Shown in pieces: positions 46,256 to 56,258 of a DNA stretch of 64,000 bases (position 1 is its first letter; every line of letters begins with the position of its first letter). Position numbers and translations under genes: made by a program. Source of the stretch: Candidatus Moraniibacteriota bacterium (GTDB lineage Bacteria > Patescibacteriota > Minisyncoccia > Moranbacterales > UBA1568); contig CP064975.1 in assembly GCA_016699425.1 (NCBI GenBank), positions 258,979 through 322,978 of the forward strand, in the 5' to 3' direction. Under the pieces are notes generated by a model. It saw only the letters and a list, made by a program, of their open reading frames with translations. It searched no databases and was not told where the DNA came from.

Positions 46256-46313
46256 CGCCCTGTCTGAAGTTAACCAGCAGATAAGCTATACTGGTGGTAC
46301 GAAGCGCACCGTT

Positions 46314-47543
46314 ATGAAGAAATTTCTTTTCAACGCTTTCTTCCTCAGCCTCTCGATCGGCTTGTTTGTCGGTGTGTATTGGTTTCACTGGTTTCGTCCC
46401 ACCCTTCAACCCGGGCAAGAGGTGACATTTATCGCCGAGCCCCCGGCTGCTCCCGAGGTGCCGATCGTGCGTGATGCACCCGATACCGAGGTCCGGACAT
46501 CGGACCGGAATCCGACAATCGACATCGAGGCGGTCGCATCCGGACTCGACACGCCTTGGGACATCGTCTTTACTTCGCCCACGCGCATGCTCGTCACGGA
46601 ACGGCCGGGGCAGATCCGAGTCGTCGAAAACGGCGTCCTCGAGAAGCAGCCGATCCATGTGTTTTCCGAAGTTGTCGAAAAGGGTGAGGATGGACTGATG
46701 TCATTGGCCCTCGATCCGAATTATCCGCAAAACCATTTCCTCTATGCGGCGATCGCCTATGCCGATGGTCAGCGACTTTGGCTGAAGGTGATGCGTTTCG
46801 TCGACGCTGGTGACACCCTCGCGGACTCCTTCATGGTCATCGATCGCATCCCGGCAGCACAGTACCACTCGGGATGCCGCATCGCTTTCGGACCAGACGG
46901 CAAGCTCTATATCACGACGGGGGACGCGACAGATGGGAACTTGGCTCAGGATTTGGAGTCGCTCGCAGGGAAGATCCTTCGCATCAACTCTGACGGAACG
47001 ATTCCGGCGGATAATCCTTTTGTCGGAAGTGCGATCTGGTCATACGGTCATCGGAATCCGCAGGGCCTCGCCTGGCAGCTGGACACGGGTATCCTGTATG
47101 AGACCGAGCATGGCCCGACGGTTTTTGATGGTCCGGCGGGCGGGGACGAGGTGAACGTGATCGAGCGGGGAGGTAATTATGGCTGGCCTCTCGTTTCACA
47201 CGAGAAGAGTCGCGCCGGTATGATCTCACCACTCTTGGTCTTCACGCCGGCCGAAGCGCCCGGCTCGCTCATGATCTATTCTGGTCGCGTCTTCCCGGAG
47301 TGGCGCGGTGACTTGTTCTTCGGGGCGCTCAAAGGTGAGGGGCTGATGCGGATTCGGCTCGATGAAAGTAATCCAAAGCAGATCGCGAGTTACGGCAAAC
47401 TCCGCGAGGTGTCGTTCGGACGCATCCGCGCAGTAGTGGAGGGACCCGACGGCAATATCTATTTCACCACATCGAACCGCGACGGCCGCGGCCAACCCTC
47501 ACCACTCGATGACCGCATCTTTCGTCTCCGTGCGGGAGACTAA
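46314..47543 (+). CDS. PQQ-dependent soluble glucose/sorbosone dehydrogenase (SGDH) family
   Basis: LDTPWDIVF, ERPGQIRVV, HSGCRIAFGPDGKLYITTGD, YGHRNPQGLAW and GGNYGWP beta-propeller motifs. Confidence 0.85.
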   Translation: MKKFLFNAFFLSLSIGLFVGVYWFHWFRPTLQPGQEVTFIAEPPAAPEVPIVRDAPDTEVRTSDRNPTIDIEAVASGLDTPWDIVFTSPTRMLVTERPGQIRVVENGVLEKQPIHVFSEVVEKGEDGLMSLALDPNYPQNHFLYAAIAYADGQRLWLKVMRFVDAGDTLADSFMVIDRIPAAQYHSGCRIAFGPDGKLYITTGDATDGNLAQDLESLAGKILRINSDGTIPADNPFVGSAIWSYGHRNPQGLAWQLDTGILYETEHGPTVFDGPAGGDEVNVIERGGNYGWPLVSHEKSRAGMISPLLVFTPAEAPGSLMIYSGRVFPEWRGDLFFGALKGEGLMRIRLDESNPKQIASYGKLREVSFGRIRAVVEGPDGNIYFTTSNRDGRGQPSPLDDRIFRLRAGD

Positions 47544-47605
47544 GTTTGACTCTGATACCCCACGGGGGTATGATGGAACGGTATGTGATCCGGTAACTTT
47601 TTTGT

Positions 47606-48841
47606 ATGGCCAATCCATTTGAGAGCGCACAACAGCAGCTGCAAGCAGTTCGATCCATAATCCCTATCCCAGAGAATATTTTTGTTCAACTTTGGGAGCC
47701 AGTTCGTGTCCTGACGGTCAACATTCCCGTTAGGATGGACGACGGAACTGTGAGGGTATTCACCGGGTTTCGTTCGCAGCACAATGATGCACGTGGGCCG
47801 CATAAAGGAGGAGTCCGATTTCATCCCGGCGTGACGCTCGATGAGGTGAAAGCTCTGTCTATGTGGATGACGTGGAAAACCGCAGTGGTAGATATCCCAC
47901 TCGGCGGAGGAAAGGGCGGTGTCGTGGTGAATCCGAAAGAACTTTCCAGTGGTGAGTTGGAGCGATTGTCGCGCGGATATGCGAGAGCGTTTGTGAATTT
48001 CATCGGACCAGACACGGATGTGCCAGCCCCTGATGTTCAGACTGATCCACGTATCATGGGCTGGATGCTCGACGAATATGAGGCGGTGGTTGGTCACCAT
48101 CGGCCGGGGGTCATCACTGGCAAGCCTCTGTCTATCGGCGGATCCCGAGTCCGTGAATACGCCACGGCGCAAGGAGCTTTCTATGTTATTGAAGCGGCAC
48201 GGAAAAAGCTACATATCAGGGATGGTGCGACGGTGGCCATCCAAGGGGTTGGGAACGGCGGTAGCTATCTGGCGCGTATTCTCTCTCAGGCTGGCTACAC
48301 GATCGTCGCGTTGGCTGATTCCCAAGCGACCATCTATCGGAGTGAAGGTCTCGATGTCGAAGGAGTTCTCTCGCATAAACGGGCGACTGGCAGCCTCATG
48401 AAGTGCATTGGGTGCGAGGAACTTCCGAGCGATGCCGTGCTCTCGGTACCGACCGATATTCTTGTCCCGGCTGCTTTGGAGAACGCGATTCATGTCGGCA
48501 ATGTTCAGGATATAAAGGCCAAAGTTATTATCGAGGTGGCCAATGGACCGGTAACACCGGAGTCGGAAACCGTGCTGGTGGATCGGAACGTGATTGTGGT
48601 CCCAGATATTCTTGCCAACGCCGGCGGAGTGACAGTGAGTTACTTCGAACAGATCCAGAATGCATTGAACTATGGTTGGGAGGAGCAAGATATTCTCGAT
48701 AAGCTGCGCCGAATCATGGACACTTCCTTTGATGCGGTGTGGCAGGCAAGTGAGACGCACAATTCGACGCTGCGCATGGGAGCGTATGTGGTGGCGGTGA
48801 AACGTGTCGTTCAGGCGATGCAAGATCGAGGACGCTCTTAA
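47606..48841 (+). CDS. gdhA: Glutamate dehydrogenase (Glu/Leu/Phe/Val dehydrogenase family)
   Basis: PLGGGKGGV active-site motif and GVGNGG Rossmann motif. Confidence 0.9.
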   Translation: MANPFESAQQQLQAVRSIIPIPENIFVQLWEPVRVLTVNIPVRMDDGTVRVFTGFRSQHNDARGPHKGGVRFHPGVTLDEVKALSMWMTWKTAVVDIPLGGGKGGVVVNPKELSSGELERLSRGYARAFVNFIGPDTDVPAPDVQTDPRIMGWMLDEYEAVVGHHRPGVITGKPLSIGGSRVREYATAQGAFYVIEAARKKLHIRDGATVAIQGVGNGGSYLARILSQAGYTIVALADSQATIYRSEGLDVEGVLSHKRATGSLMKCIGCEELPSDAVLSVPTDILVPAALENAIHVGNVQDIKAKVIIEVANGPVTPESETVLVDRNVIVVPDILANAGGVTVSYFEQIQNALNYGWEEQDILDKLRRIMDTSFDAVWQASETHNSTLRMGAYVVAVKRVVQAMQDRGRS

Positions 48842-48859
48842 TTCTGTGTACTGTCGAGT

Positions 48860-50017
48860 ATGGCAATGAAAAAGACGGTGAAGAAGAACTACGCCAAGCT
48901 CGCCCTCGCGCTTCACAAAAAACTGCGCGGCAAGGTGGAAGTCATGCCGAAGATACCAGTGATGAATAAAGAGGATTTGGCGGTTGTCTACACGCCCGGG
49001 GTCGGGGCTGTGTCTAGTCACCTGGCGACACATCCGGAGGACGTGGCCCAATACACGATGAAGGGGAATATGGTCGCTGTCGTAACGGACGGTTCGGCTG
49101 TGTTGGGGCTCGGCAATATCGGTCCTGAAGCCGCACTTCCGGTGATGGAGGGGAAATCCATGCTTTTCAAGTCCCTCGCTGATGTGGATGCCTTTCCGAT
49201 CGTGCTCGCCACGCAGGATACGGAGGAAATCGTCGAGACGGTCAAACGGATCGCGCCCGGCTTCGGCGGTATCAATCTGGAAGACATCGCGGCGCCACGG
49301 TGCTTCGAGATTGAGGCGCGACTTCAGGCAGAGCTCAACATTCCAGTCATGCACGATGATCAGCACGGGACGGCGATGGTAGTCTTGACGGGCTTCATCA
49401 ATGCGCTGAAAGTCGTGAAGAAGAAAAAGGAAGCGGTCTGGGTTGTCATCTCGGGCGCGGGGGCCGCGGGGCAGGCAATTGCGGAATTGTTGCTCCTCTA
49501 CGGCGTACAAAATATCGTCATGCTTGATAGTCGCGGTATCCTCGGCCCCAACCGTAGTGATTTGGACCAGCACAAGCAATCCCTCCGCGCCCGGACCAAT
49601 CCCGATGGGATCGACGGTGATCTCACCGTGGCGATCGCGGGGGCTGATGTCTTCATCGGCGTTTCCAAGGGTGGTCTTCTGACCGAGGACCATGTGCGTA
49701 CCATGGCCGAAGACGCGGTGGTCTTTGCTCTGGCCAATCCGGTGCCAGAAATCATGCCGGAGGTGGCGCTGTCGGCTGGTGCACGCATCGTGGCGACGGG
49801 TCGGTCGGATTTCCCCAATCAGATCAATAACTCGCTCGGGTTCCCGGGCATCTTCCGAGGCGCGCTCGATCATCGGGTCCAGCGCATCACTGACGTGATG
49901 CTCGTCAAAGCCGCTAAGTATCTCGCCGCACTTGTCGCGAAACCAACTGCTGGAAATATCATCCCGAACACATTCGACAAGCGTGTCGTCTCGGCGGTTG
50001 CTCGAGCAATCCGCTAG
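48860..50017 (+). CDS. NAD(P)-dependent malic enzyme (short MaeB-type)
   Basis: VYTPGVG, ISGAGAAG and the ...NQINNSLGFPGIFRGALD motifs. The long antisense ORF 48209..50200 is a shadow. Confidence 0.9.
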   Translation: MAMKKTVKKNYAKLALALHKKLRGKVEVMPKIPVMNKEDLAVVYTPGVGAVSSHLATHPEDVAQYTMKGNMVAVVTDGSAVLGLGNIGPEAALPVMEGKSMLFKSLADVDAFPIVLATQDTEEIVETVKRIAPGFGGINLEDIAAPRCFEIEARLQAELNIPVMHDDQHGTAMVVLTGFINALKVVKKKKEAVWVVISGAGAAGQAIAELLLLYGVQNIVMLDSRGILGPNRSDLDQHKQSLRARTNPDGIDGDLTVAIAGADVFIGVSKGGLLTEDHVRTMAEDAVVFALANPVPEIMPEVALSAGARIVATGRSDFPNQINNSLGFPGIFRGALDHRVQRITDVMLVKAAKYLAALVAKPTAGNIIPNTFDKRVVSAVARAIR

Positions 50018-50069
50018 TCTGTTGGGATGCTGCTGACGTGGCGACTCGTGGTTATGATATGCTGACCGT

Positions 50070-50435
50070 ATGCAATGGAAGGAAGTGTTCAGAGTCGCCT
50101 CAGTCCCGGTCATTATTGCTTCATTGTGCTGCCTGTCGCCGGTGATGCTTGTTCTGCTCGGTCTCTCGACGGTTGGATTTGCTGCGTCGCTTTCGGACAC
50201 CTTCTATGGCGAGTACAAGTGGCTGTTCCGTCTGGCCGGACTCCTCGCGCTCGGACTCGCCTATCTCGTTCACTTGCGCCGACAGGGCATTTGTACGCTC
50301 GATCAGGCCAAGCGTGAGCGAAACCGCATCGTGAACGGCCTCCTTGTCACACTCATCGCGGGTGTCATCGGGTACATCTTCTTCCTCTACGTGGTCGTCG
50401 AGTATCTTGGCCGCTGGCTCCAGATCTGGAAGTAG
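50070..50435 (+). CDS. Small membrane protein with a CC motif (MerT-like)
   Basis: TM1 IIASLCCLSPVMLVLLGLS resembles the MerT cysteine-pair helix. Three TM helices. Low confidence. Confidence 0.35.
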   Translation: MQWKEVFRVASVPVIIASLCCLSPVMLVLLGLSTVGFAASLSDTFYGEYKWLFRLAGLLALGLAYLVHLRRQGICTLDQAKRERNRIVNGLLVTLIAGVIGYIFFLYVVVEYLGRWLQIWK

Positions 50436-50448
50436 TCATTCTCATACT

Positions 50449-52215
50449 ATGTTAAACACCCCGATTTTTTATTTGGTCCGGAAGATCTGGCAACTCTCGA
50501 ACGAGAATCGTCGCCAGGTGGTTTTCTACGTGGGGCTGTTTGTGATGTCGAACGCTGTCATGCTGCTCCAGCCAATCATCATGGCGCATATCCTGAACTT
50601 GATCCAGGAGAACGGGGTGAATCAGGAGAATATCGTCTGGCTCATCGCTTTTATGGCCTCGTTGCCGCTGCTTGATTTCGTGACATGGTGTTTCCACGGT
50701 CCGGCGCGTGTCATGGAACGGAGAAATGCCTTCCTCGTTCGAGCCAACTACCGGCAGTATCTCTTGTCAGGGACGATGGCGCTCCCCATGGAGTGGCATG
50801 TCGATCATCACTCGGGCGATACGATCGATCGGATTGAAAAGGGATGCAATGCGGTGTATCAGTTCACCGAGCATGGCTTCCAGGTTGTCGAGGCGATTGT
50901 TCGTTTCGCTGGTTCCCTCATCGCGCTCGCGCTTTTCGACCTCAGTGCGATCTGGGTAGTTTGCCTGGTTGTGTTTGTCGCGCTCCGGATCATCCTGACC
51001 TTCGACAAGCGGCTCGTTCCGCAGTATCGTGAACTCAATCGTGCCGAAAATAAAATTGCGGCCAAAGTCTATGATGCGCTCAGCAATATCTCGACCGTCA
51101 TCATCCTCCGGGTCGAACACCTCATCGAACACGATCTGGTGAAGGCGATTCGTAAGCCACTCACACTCTACATGCACAACAGCCGATTGAATGAATGGAA
51201 GTGGTTTTCGGCGAGTATGAGTGCGGGCCTCTTGCAGTTTCTCGTACTGGGGATGTATACGCTCCTCGCTTTCCGCCATGGAGAGGTACTCTTGGCCGGG
51301 ACCCTCTTCGCCCTCTTCAGTTATACGAATCGGATCAATGATGTCTTTTTCACCTTTGCCTACCTCTACAATGACATCGTGCGTGAACGGACGGCGGTCA
51401 TGAACGCCGAAGAAATCGCCGAGTCATTTCCGACGCAGATCGATCAGGAATCCAAGACTCCGCATCAATGGGAGGTGTGTCGAGTGCACCATCTCAACTT
51501 CACCTATGCAGCCGAGACGCGTGCGAAGCAACAGCTCTCAGATATCGAACTCTCGTGGCGTCGGGGTGAGAAGATCGCAGTCATTGGCGAGAGCGGCAGC
51601 GGCAGGACCACGTTCCTCAAGATCGTTCGGGGACTCCATACGCCTCAATCTGGCGTGGTGGAACTTGATGGACGGCCGTTGAAGAACGGATTCATCAGCA
51701 TGAGCGAGGATATCGCGCTCATCCCACAGGATCCAGAGATTTTCGCGACGACAATCCGGGACAATATCACCATGGGCGTGGATCACTCCGACGAGGAAGT
51801 GCTGCAGTATGCCGAGCGGGCCCGTTTCGCCTCAGTCATCGGACGGTTGCCTCGGGGGCTGGACTCCTCTATCGTAGAGAAAGGCGTTAATTTGAGCGGC
51901 GGGGAGAAGCAGCGTTTGGCGCTCGCTCGCGGTCTTTTGGCTTCCGAGGAGAAATCCATTCTCCTGTTGGATGAGTCGACTTCGAGCGTAGATGCGACGA
52001 ATGAATTGGCGATCTACGAGCAGATCTTCGAGACCTATCGCGACAAGACCGTGATTGCGTCGATTCACCGCCTCCATCTGCTCCAGATGTTTGATAAGAT
52101 TTACATGTTCGAGCACGGGGTGATCGTTGCTCAGGGCTCTTTCACCGAGCTTCTCGAGTCGTCTGAACGCTTTGCGAAGCAGTGGGAACAATACTCAAAA
52201 ACGCACAAGAGTTGA
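50449..52215 (+). CDS. ABC transporter permease/ATP-binding fusion protein (exporter type)
   Basis: Six-TM N-terminal domain, then GESGSGRTT Walker A, LSGGEKQRLALAR signature and LLLDESTS Walker B. Confidence 0.9.
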   Translation: MLNTPIFYLVRKIWQLSNENRRQVVFYVGLFVMSNAVMLLQPIIMAHILNLIQENGVNQENIVWLIAFMASLPLLDFVTWCFHGPARVMERRNAFLVRANYRQYLLSGTMALPMEWHVDHHSGDTIDRIEKGCNAVYQFTEHGFQVVEAIVRFAGSLIALALFDLSAIWVVCLVVFVALRIILTFDKRLVPQYRELNRAENKIAAKVYDALSNISTVIILRVEHLIEHDLVKAIRKPLTLYMHNSRLNEWKWFSASMSAGLLQFLVLGMYTLLAFRHGEVLLAGTLFALFSYTNRINDVFFTFAYLYNDIVRERTAVMNAEEIAESFPTQIDQESKTPHQWEVCRVHHLNFTYAAETRAKQQLSDIELSWRRGEKIAVIGESGSGRTTFLKIVRGLHTPQSGVVELDGRPLKNGFISMSEDIALIPQDPEIFATTIRDNITMGVDHSDEEVLQYAERARFASVIGRLPRGLDSSIVEKGVNLSGGEKQRLALARGLLASEEKSILLLDESTSSVDATNELAIYEQIFETYRDKTVIASIHRLHLLQMFDKIYMFEHGVIVAQGSFTELLESSERFAKQWEQYSKTHKS

Positions 52216-52269
52216 CGTCATGAGCAGAATATGCCAGAATAACCTGATTTCGTAACTAACACTATCCGC

Positions 52270-53472
52270 ATGAGTTTCCATCACCTCGGTATCGCCCCCG
52301 GACTCCTCGCTGTCCTCGACGAGCTTAAGTTCATCACCCCGACGCCTATCCAGGAACGCTCCATCCCGATCGCCATCACCGGCAAGGATGTAATGGGTAT
52401 CGCGCAGACGGGGACGGGCAAGACACTCGCCTTCGGTATCCCGATGATCGGTCGCATCCTCGAAGACAAGACGCGGCAGGGGCTCATCATGCTCCCGACG
52501 CGCGAACTCGCCCTTCAGGTCGATGAGACCTTCCAGCGCATCGGCCGGAAGCTCGGCATCCGCACGGCGGTCCTCATCGGTGGTGACTCGATGGAGAAAC
52601 AAAAGCGTCAGATCCGAGCCAACCCGCATGTCATCATCGCCACACCTGGTCGCCTGAATGATCACCTCGGCCAGCGAACCGTGACACTTGAGCACGTCCG
52701 CATCCTCGTCCTCGACGAAGCCGACCACATGCTCGATATGGGTTTCGCGCCGCAGATCGCGGAAGTCGTGAAGCATGTCCCGAAAGAGCGTCAGACGATG
52801 CTGTTCTCGGCGACTATGCCGAATGAAGTCATCCGACTCGCCACGTCGTATCTCCAGATTCCGATTCGGGTCGAAGTCGCTCCGCCGGGCACCGCGGTCG
52901 AAAAGATCTCTCAGGAATTGTTCTTCGTCCCGCATATGGAGAAGCTCGACCTGCTCCTGAAGCTCCTCGGTGAATACTCGGGCAGCGTACTTGTTTTCAC
53001 ACGGACCAAATTTATCGCCAAGCGCATCGCGTTGTCGCTGCGGAACAAGGGGCATCAGGCGGTGGAAATCCACTCGAACCGTTCGCTCAGCCAGCGCCGC
53101 GAAGCACTCGACGGTTTCAAGGCGGGCCGCTACCGCGTCATGGTGGCGACCGATATCGCCGCGCGCGGTATCGACGTCTCGGGTATCGAGGTCGTCATCA
53201 ATTATGATCTGCCGGAAAAGGCGGAAGACTATGTCCATCGGATCGGCCGCACCGCTCGCGCGGGTCGTGAGGGCCGGGCGATTTCCTTCGCGACACCCGA
53301 TCAAAAGGGCAATGTCCGCGACATCGAACGGCTCATGCGTATCACGCTCCCAATCAAGGGCGGAGTAGTCCCAGAGGGTGAGCCTCGGGCAGTGAAGAGT
53401 GTCCGCCGTGTGGCAACGTCACCACGTTCCTCATCTCGCCCCGGTACACGTCACTTCGGCCGCCGCCGCTAG
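52270..53472 (+). CDS. DEAD-box ATP-dependent RNA helicase
   Basis: Q-motif, AQTGTGKT, PTRELA, DEAD, SAT, ARGID and HRIGRTAR motifs. Confidence 0.95.
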   Translation: MSFHHLGIAPGLLAVLDELKFITPTPIQERSIPIAITGKDVMGIAQTGTGKTLAFGIPMIGRILEDKTRQGLIMLPTRELALQVDETFQRIGRKLGIRTAVLIGGDSMEKQKRQIRANPHVIIATPGRLNDHLGQRTVTLEHVRILVLDEADHMLDMGFAPQIAEVVKHVPKERQTMLFSATMPNEVIRLATSYLQIPIRVEVAPPGTAVEKISQELFFVPHMEKLDLLLKLLGEYSGSVLVFTRTKFIAKRIALSLRNKGHQAVEIHSNRSLSQRREALDGFKAGRYRVMVATDIAARGIDVSGIEVVINYDLPEKAEDYVHRIGRTARAGREGRAISFATPDQKGNVRDIERLMRITLPIKGGVVPEGEPRAVKSVRRVATSPRSSSRPGTRHFGRRR

Positions 53473-53658
53473 CTCTTGTCCTGGGAAATATTTGGTGCTA
53501 GGTTCGGAGGACTATTCTTTTCAAATTCATTTGGAGGAGCACGACGATACGACCTCACTATCGAGCGTTATGGTATTACGGTGGGCCGTATAGGTCACGA
53601 CAGGAAAGCAATCCTTCAACGGTTTTTTCTTTGGTTGAACGAAAGGAGGTTGTACAGT

Positions 53659-54033
53659 ATGAGAGTCGAAATGAATCGATATCGTTCACGGAGCACTGCG
53701 AGTGCCTCTCAGCGGATAAGCGGGGTGGCATTTATCGATCCAATTCAGCTGGAAGGCGAGTCTCTAGCTGAACGCGAGCGACGGGTGAGCGAAGCGGTAA
53801 TGCAAGCCGTCTGTCAATGGCAACATTCGGGTGATCCACGTACACTCGAGGTGACGCGATGCTCAGTCGGGTCGCCGCGTGGACCACACAACAACGTCGC
53901 GTACATCGAACTTGTCTACGGTTTCAAAGGGAGGAAGGAAGGATGGCGATGCGGTTTCTCGGTTTCACATTCTGACGCCAATGGTTTCCGCCTGTGGACC
54001 GAAGTCCGGAATCCGATTCGGACCAGACAGTGA
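53659..54033 (+). CDS. Hypothetical protein
   Basis: AGGAGG sits 8 nt upstream of the ATG. No recognised domain. Confidence 0.35.
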   Translation: MRVEMNRYRSRSTASASQRISGVAFIDPIQLEGESLAERERRVSEAVMQAVCQWQHSGDPRTLEVTRCSVGSPRGPHNNVAYIELVYGFKGRKEGWRCGFSVSHSDANGFRLWTEVRNPIRTRQ

Positions 54034-54101
54034 GTTCCTCATTGTTCCCCTGTTGCGCGCTGCGTGGCGGAGACTTTTCTTTATAATGCTACGATAGAGG
54101 C

Positions 54102-54896
54102 ATGAATTTCCGAAAGGCGATTATTTATATTCTCGGGGCGGCCGCTATCGGTTGGGGAGTTTACTATTCCTTGAAGTATTTTACCGAGCGAGCCGATGAG
54201 GGGATGACATTCGATCAGGCGATTCCTGCGCCGGTTGTCGAGGAAGAGCAAGTGATCGAGGCCGAACCGGTTCCCGTCCCTGAAATTATTCCCGAAGTCT
54301 CGGTAGCCGCCAAGCCGAGGACCTGGCCAGATGTGCCATTTATTTCCCAGGCGCCGACAGGGGAGTGGGCCAGAAGTGAATTTCAAAACGGCTGTGAGGA
54401 AGCTTCGGCGCTGATGGTCGCGGCCTGGCGAACCGGAAGGACATACACTCAAGACGAAGCGAAGCGTGAGCTCATCGCGATGGCACGCTTCCAGGAGAAA
54501 GTGATCGGCCAGGGTATCGATACGGATGTAGCGAATACAGCCGAGATTCTGCTCAGGGACTACTTTGATATCGCTGATTATGAAATCGTCTATGACTTCG
54601 TGCTCGATGATTTGAAACAAGTCACCGGGAAGGGACTCGTCATCGTTCCGACGAATGGCCAAGCCCTGAAGAATTCAAACTTCACTCGTCCTGGGCCGCT
54701 GCAGCACATGCTCGTGGTGACGGGGTATGATGCGGCAGCAAAAGAATTCATCACAAATGATCCCGGGACGCGCAAGGGCGAGGGCTACCGCTATCCGGAA
54801 GGAGTGCTGTTTGATGCAATCCGCGAGTATCCGACGGGCAAACATTTGCCGATTACGACCGAACGCAAAGCGATGATTGTCGTTCCTGGGAGTTGA
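54102..54896 (+). CDS. Peptidase C39-like (papain-fold) domain protein with an N-terminal TM anchor
   Basis: FISQAPTGEWARSEFQNGCEEAS (Cys) and HMLVVTGYD (His) resemble the C39_2/BtrH-like fold. Confidence 0.5.
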   Translation: MNFRKAIIYILGAAAIGWGVYYSLKYFTERADEGMTFDQAIPAPVVEEEQVIEAEPVPVPEIIPEVSVAAKPRTWPDVPFISQAPTGEWARSEFQNGCEEASALMVAAWRTGRTYTQDEAKRELIAMARFQEKVIGQGIDTDVANTAEILLRDYFDIADYEIVYDFVLDDLKQVTGKGLVIVPTNGQALKNSNFTRPGPLQHMLVVTGYDAAAKEFITNDPGTRKGEGYRYPEGVLFDAIREYPTGKHLPITTERKAMIVVPGS

Positions 54897-55232
54897 CTTG
54901 AAGAATTAGCCTCGGTAAAATAGATGTACCTCACAAGGGGTTAATCAATTAAGGAAAGGTCTATGACCCAACTTTTGAGAAACCCCTGCGCTCGAGAGCT
55001 TTCTTAGAGTGACCCAACCCTCTTGTCCCAAAAAGGACTTAAGGAGGCGAATCTGATAAAGCTTGGTGTTGGCTACAGGGGTGAATGTTTTTCCTTACCA
55101 ACACTAAGGAAAGCAACACCCAGTCTGAAAAACTCTTTTAGGCAAAGAGCTGATAAACCTGTGTCGCAGAGAGAACTGCGTTATAAACTCCAGGAGTCTG
55201 TAGGACTGTCGAGTACTATGTGTGTTGGAGAA

Positions 55233-55265
55233 ACCGGTTGCAGGCCTAACTGCACCGGTTTTTAG
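55233..55265 (+). terminator. Rho-independent terminator in the leader upstream of the 55346 gene
   Basis: AACCGGTTGCAGGCCTAACTGCACCGGTTTTT. Confidence 0.5.
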
Positions 55266-55345
55266 TCACCCTTGATTTTTTGGTGTTTTGTGCTAACGTA
55301 GCAGCACAGTTTTTCTGTTCGTTCCACAACTACACGGAGGTTTCT

Positions 55346-55717
55346 ATGGTTGACAAGCTGAAGGTGAGGTATTTCCTCGAAATTAAGTCAGGGGAATCGA
55401 ATGCGGTGGTGGCGGCATATTTGGCCGAATACTGTATCGGTGAAGAGGCCTGGTCGCGCAATCAGGAAGATACGAAGGGGGGGGTTCATGATGTGTGCGA
55501 GGTGCCGGGGTTCAAAGTACTGAAGCTCGCACAGTCCATCGCACGTCAGGATTCGCGTATTCGGTTTGGCTATTGGGAGCGCAAGAGTGTTCGAGCGCGG
55601 CTATCCCCAGCGTCATTCCTTCTCGAACAGGGGAAAACCCGCCGATCGGCAAAGTACCGGAGAGCCGAAGCGGCCACACCACCACCCAAATCAAGGCTCA
55701 CGTCAGCGCTTAGGTGA
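55346..55717 (+). CDS. Hypothetical protein
   Basis: GGAGG sits 7 nt upstream of the ATG. A terminator (55744-55779) follows. Confidence 0.45.
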   Translation: MVDKLKVRYFLEIKSGESNAVVAAYLAEYCIGEEAWSRNQEDTKGGVHDVCEVPGFKVLKLAQSIARQDSRIRFGYWERKSVRARLSPASFLLEQGKTRRSAKYRRAEAATPPPKSRLTSALR

Positions 55718-55911
55718 GTCTTGAAGACGTCGAAAAGTATTAGCCGGTCGGGGAGCAACAGCTTCCCAGCCGGTTTTTTCATGGTCGTAAACTTGGGTAG
55801 TAATTAGGTGAAGCGAGCGTGGGTTATTCAGGAGATAAAAAAAAGACCACGTACCAATTGCTCTGGGTAGTACGTGGTTGGAGGGGGCGCCCCTCCGAAA
55901 AAGGACAATGT

Positions 55912-56247
55912 TCAGGTGAGAGGTTGCTGTTGCGGTGGTGACTTCATGCGAGCCAGGCATTGTCGTACCATCCGCGCGAGAATGCGGTAGTGGGTCAGAT
56001 ACCACTGGTCTCCGAGTATGATCCCGTGTACTTTGGCCACTGCCCGGAAATGTTTCCGAAAGCGACTGTGATCGAGCTGTCGCTTCCCGGCTTGATCCTC
56101 CATGAGCGCGAGAATCTGCGCACGCATGGCGTAGTAGTAATCAGGGTGATTGCGTTTCGCCACATTGCCCTCCCTTTGGTAAGTTACTTTCGTGATAGGA
56201 TACACCGTTAGTACAGGATTGTCAACGAGGTCGAGTTGCGATAGCAT
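55912..56247 (-). CDS. Hypothetical protein
   Basis: 111-aa minus-strand ORF with no recognised domain. Confidence 0.35.
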   Translation of the reverse strand: MLSQLDLVDNPVLTVYPITKVTYQREGNVAKRNHPDYYYAMRAQILALMEDQAGKRQLDHSRFRKHFRAVAKVHGIILGDQWYLTHYRILARMVRQCLARMKSPPQQQPLT

Positions 56248-56258
56248 GACTACTCACT

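Noticed and set aside
48209-50200. 663-aa minus-strand ORF spanning the gdhA and malic-enzyme genes
   Set aside because: It is antisense to two strongly supported plus-strand genes with clear catalytic motifs. Its product is low-complexity and Arg/His-rich, typical of shadow ORFs in GC-rich DNA.
52195-53304. 369-aa minus-strand ORF
   Set aside because: Antisense to the DEAD-box helicase gene, which has every canonical motif.
55023-55265. 80-aa ORF
   Set aside because: It starts with TTG and has no RBS. It ends exactly in a terminator hairpin. It is more consistent with an untranslated leader or sRNA.
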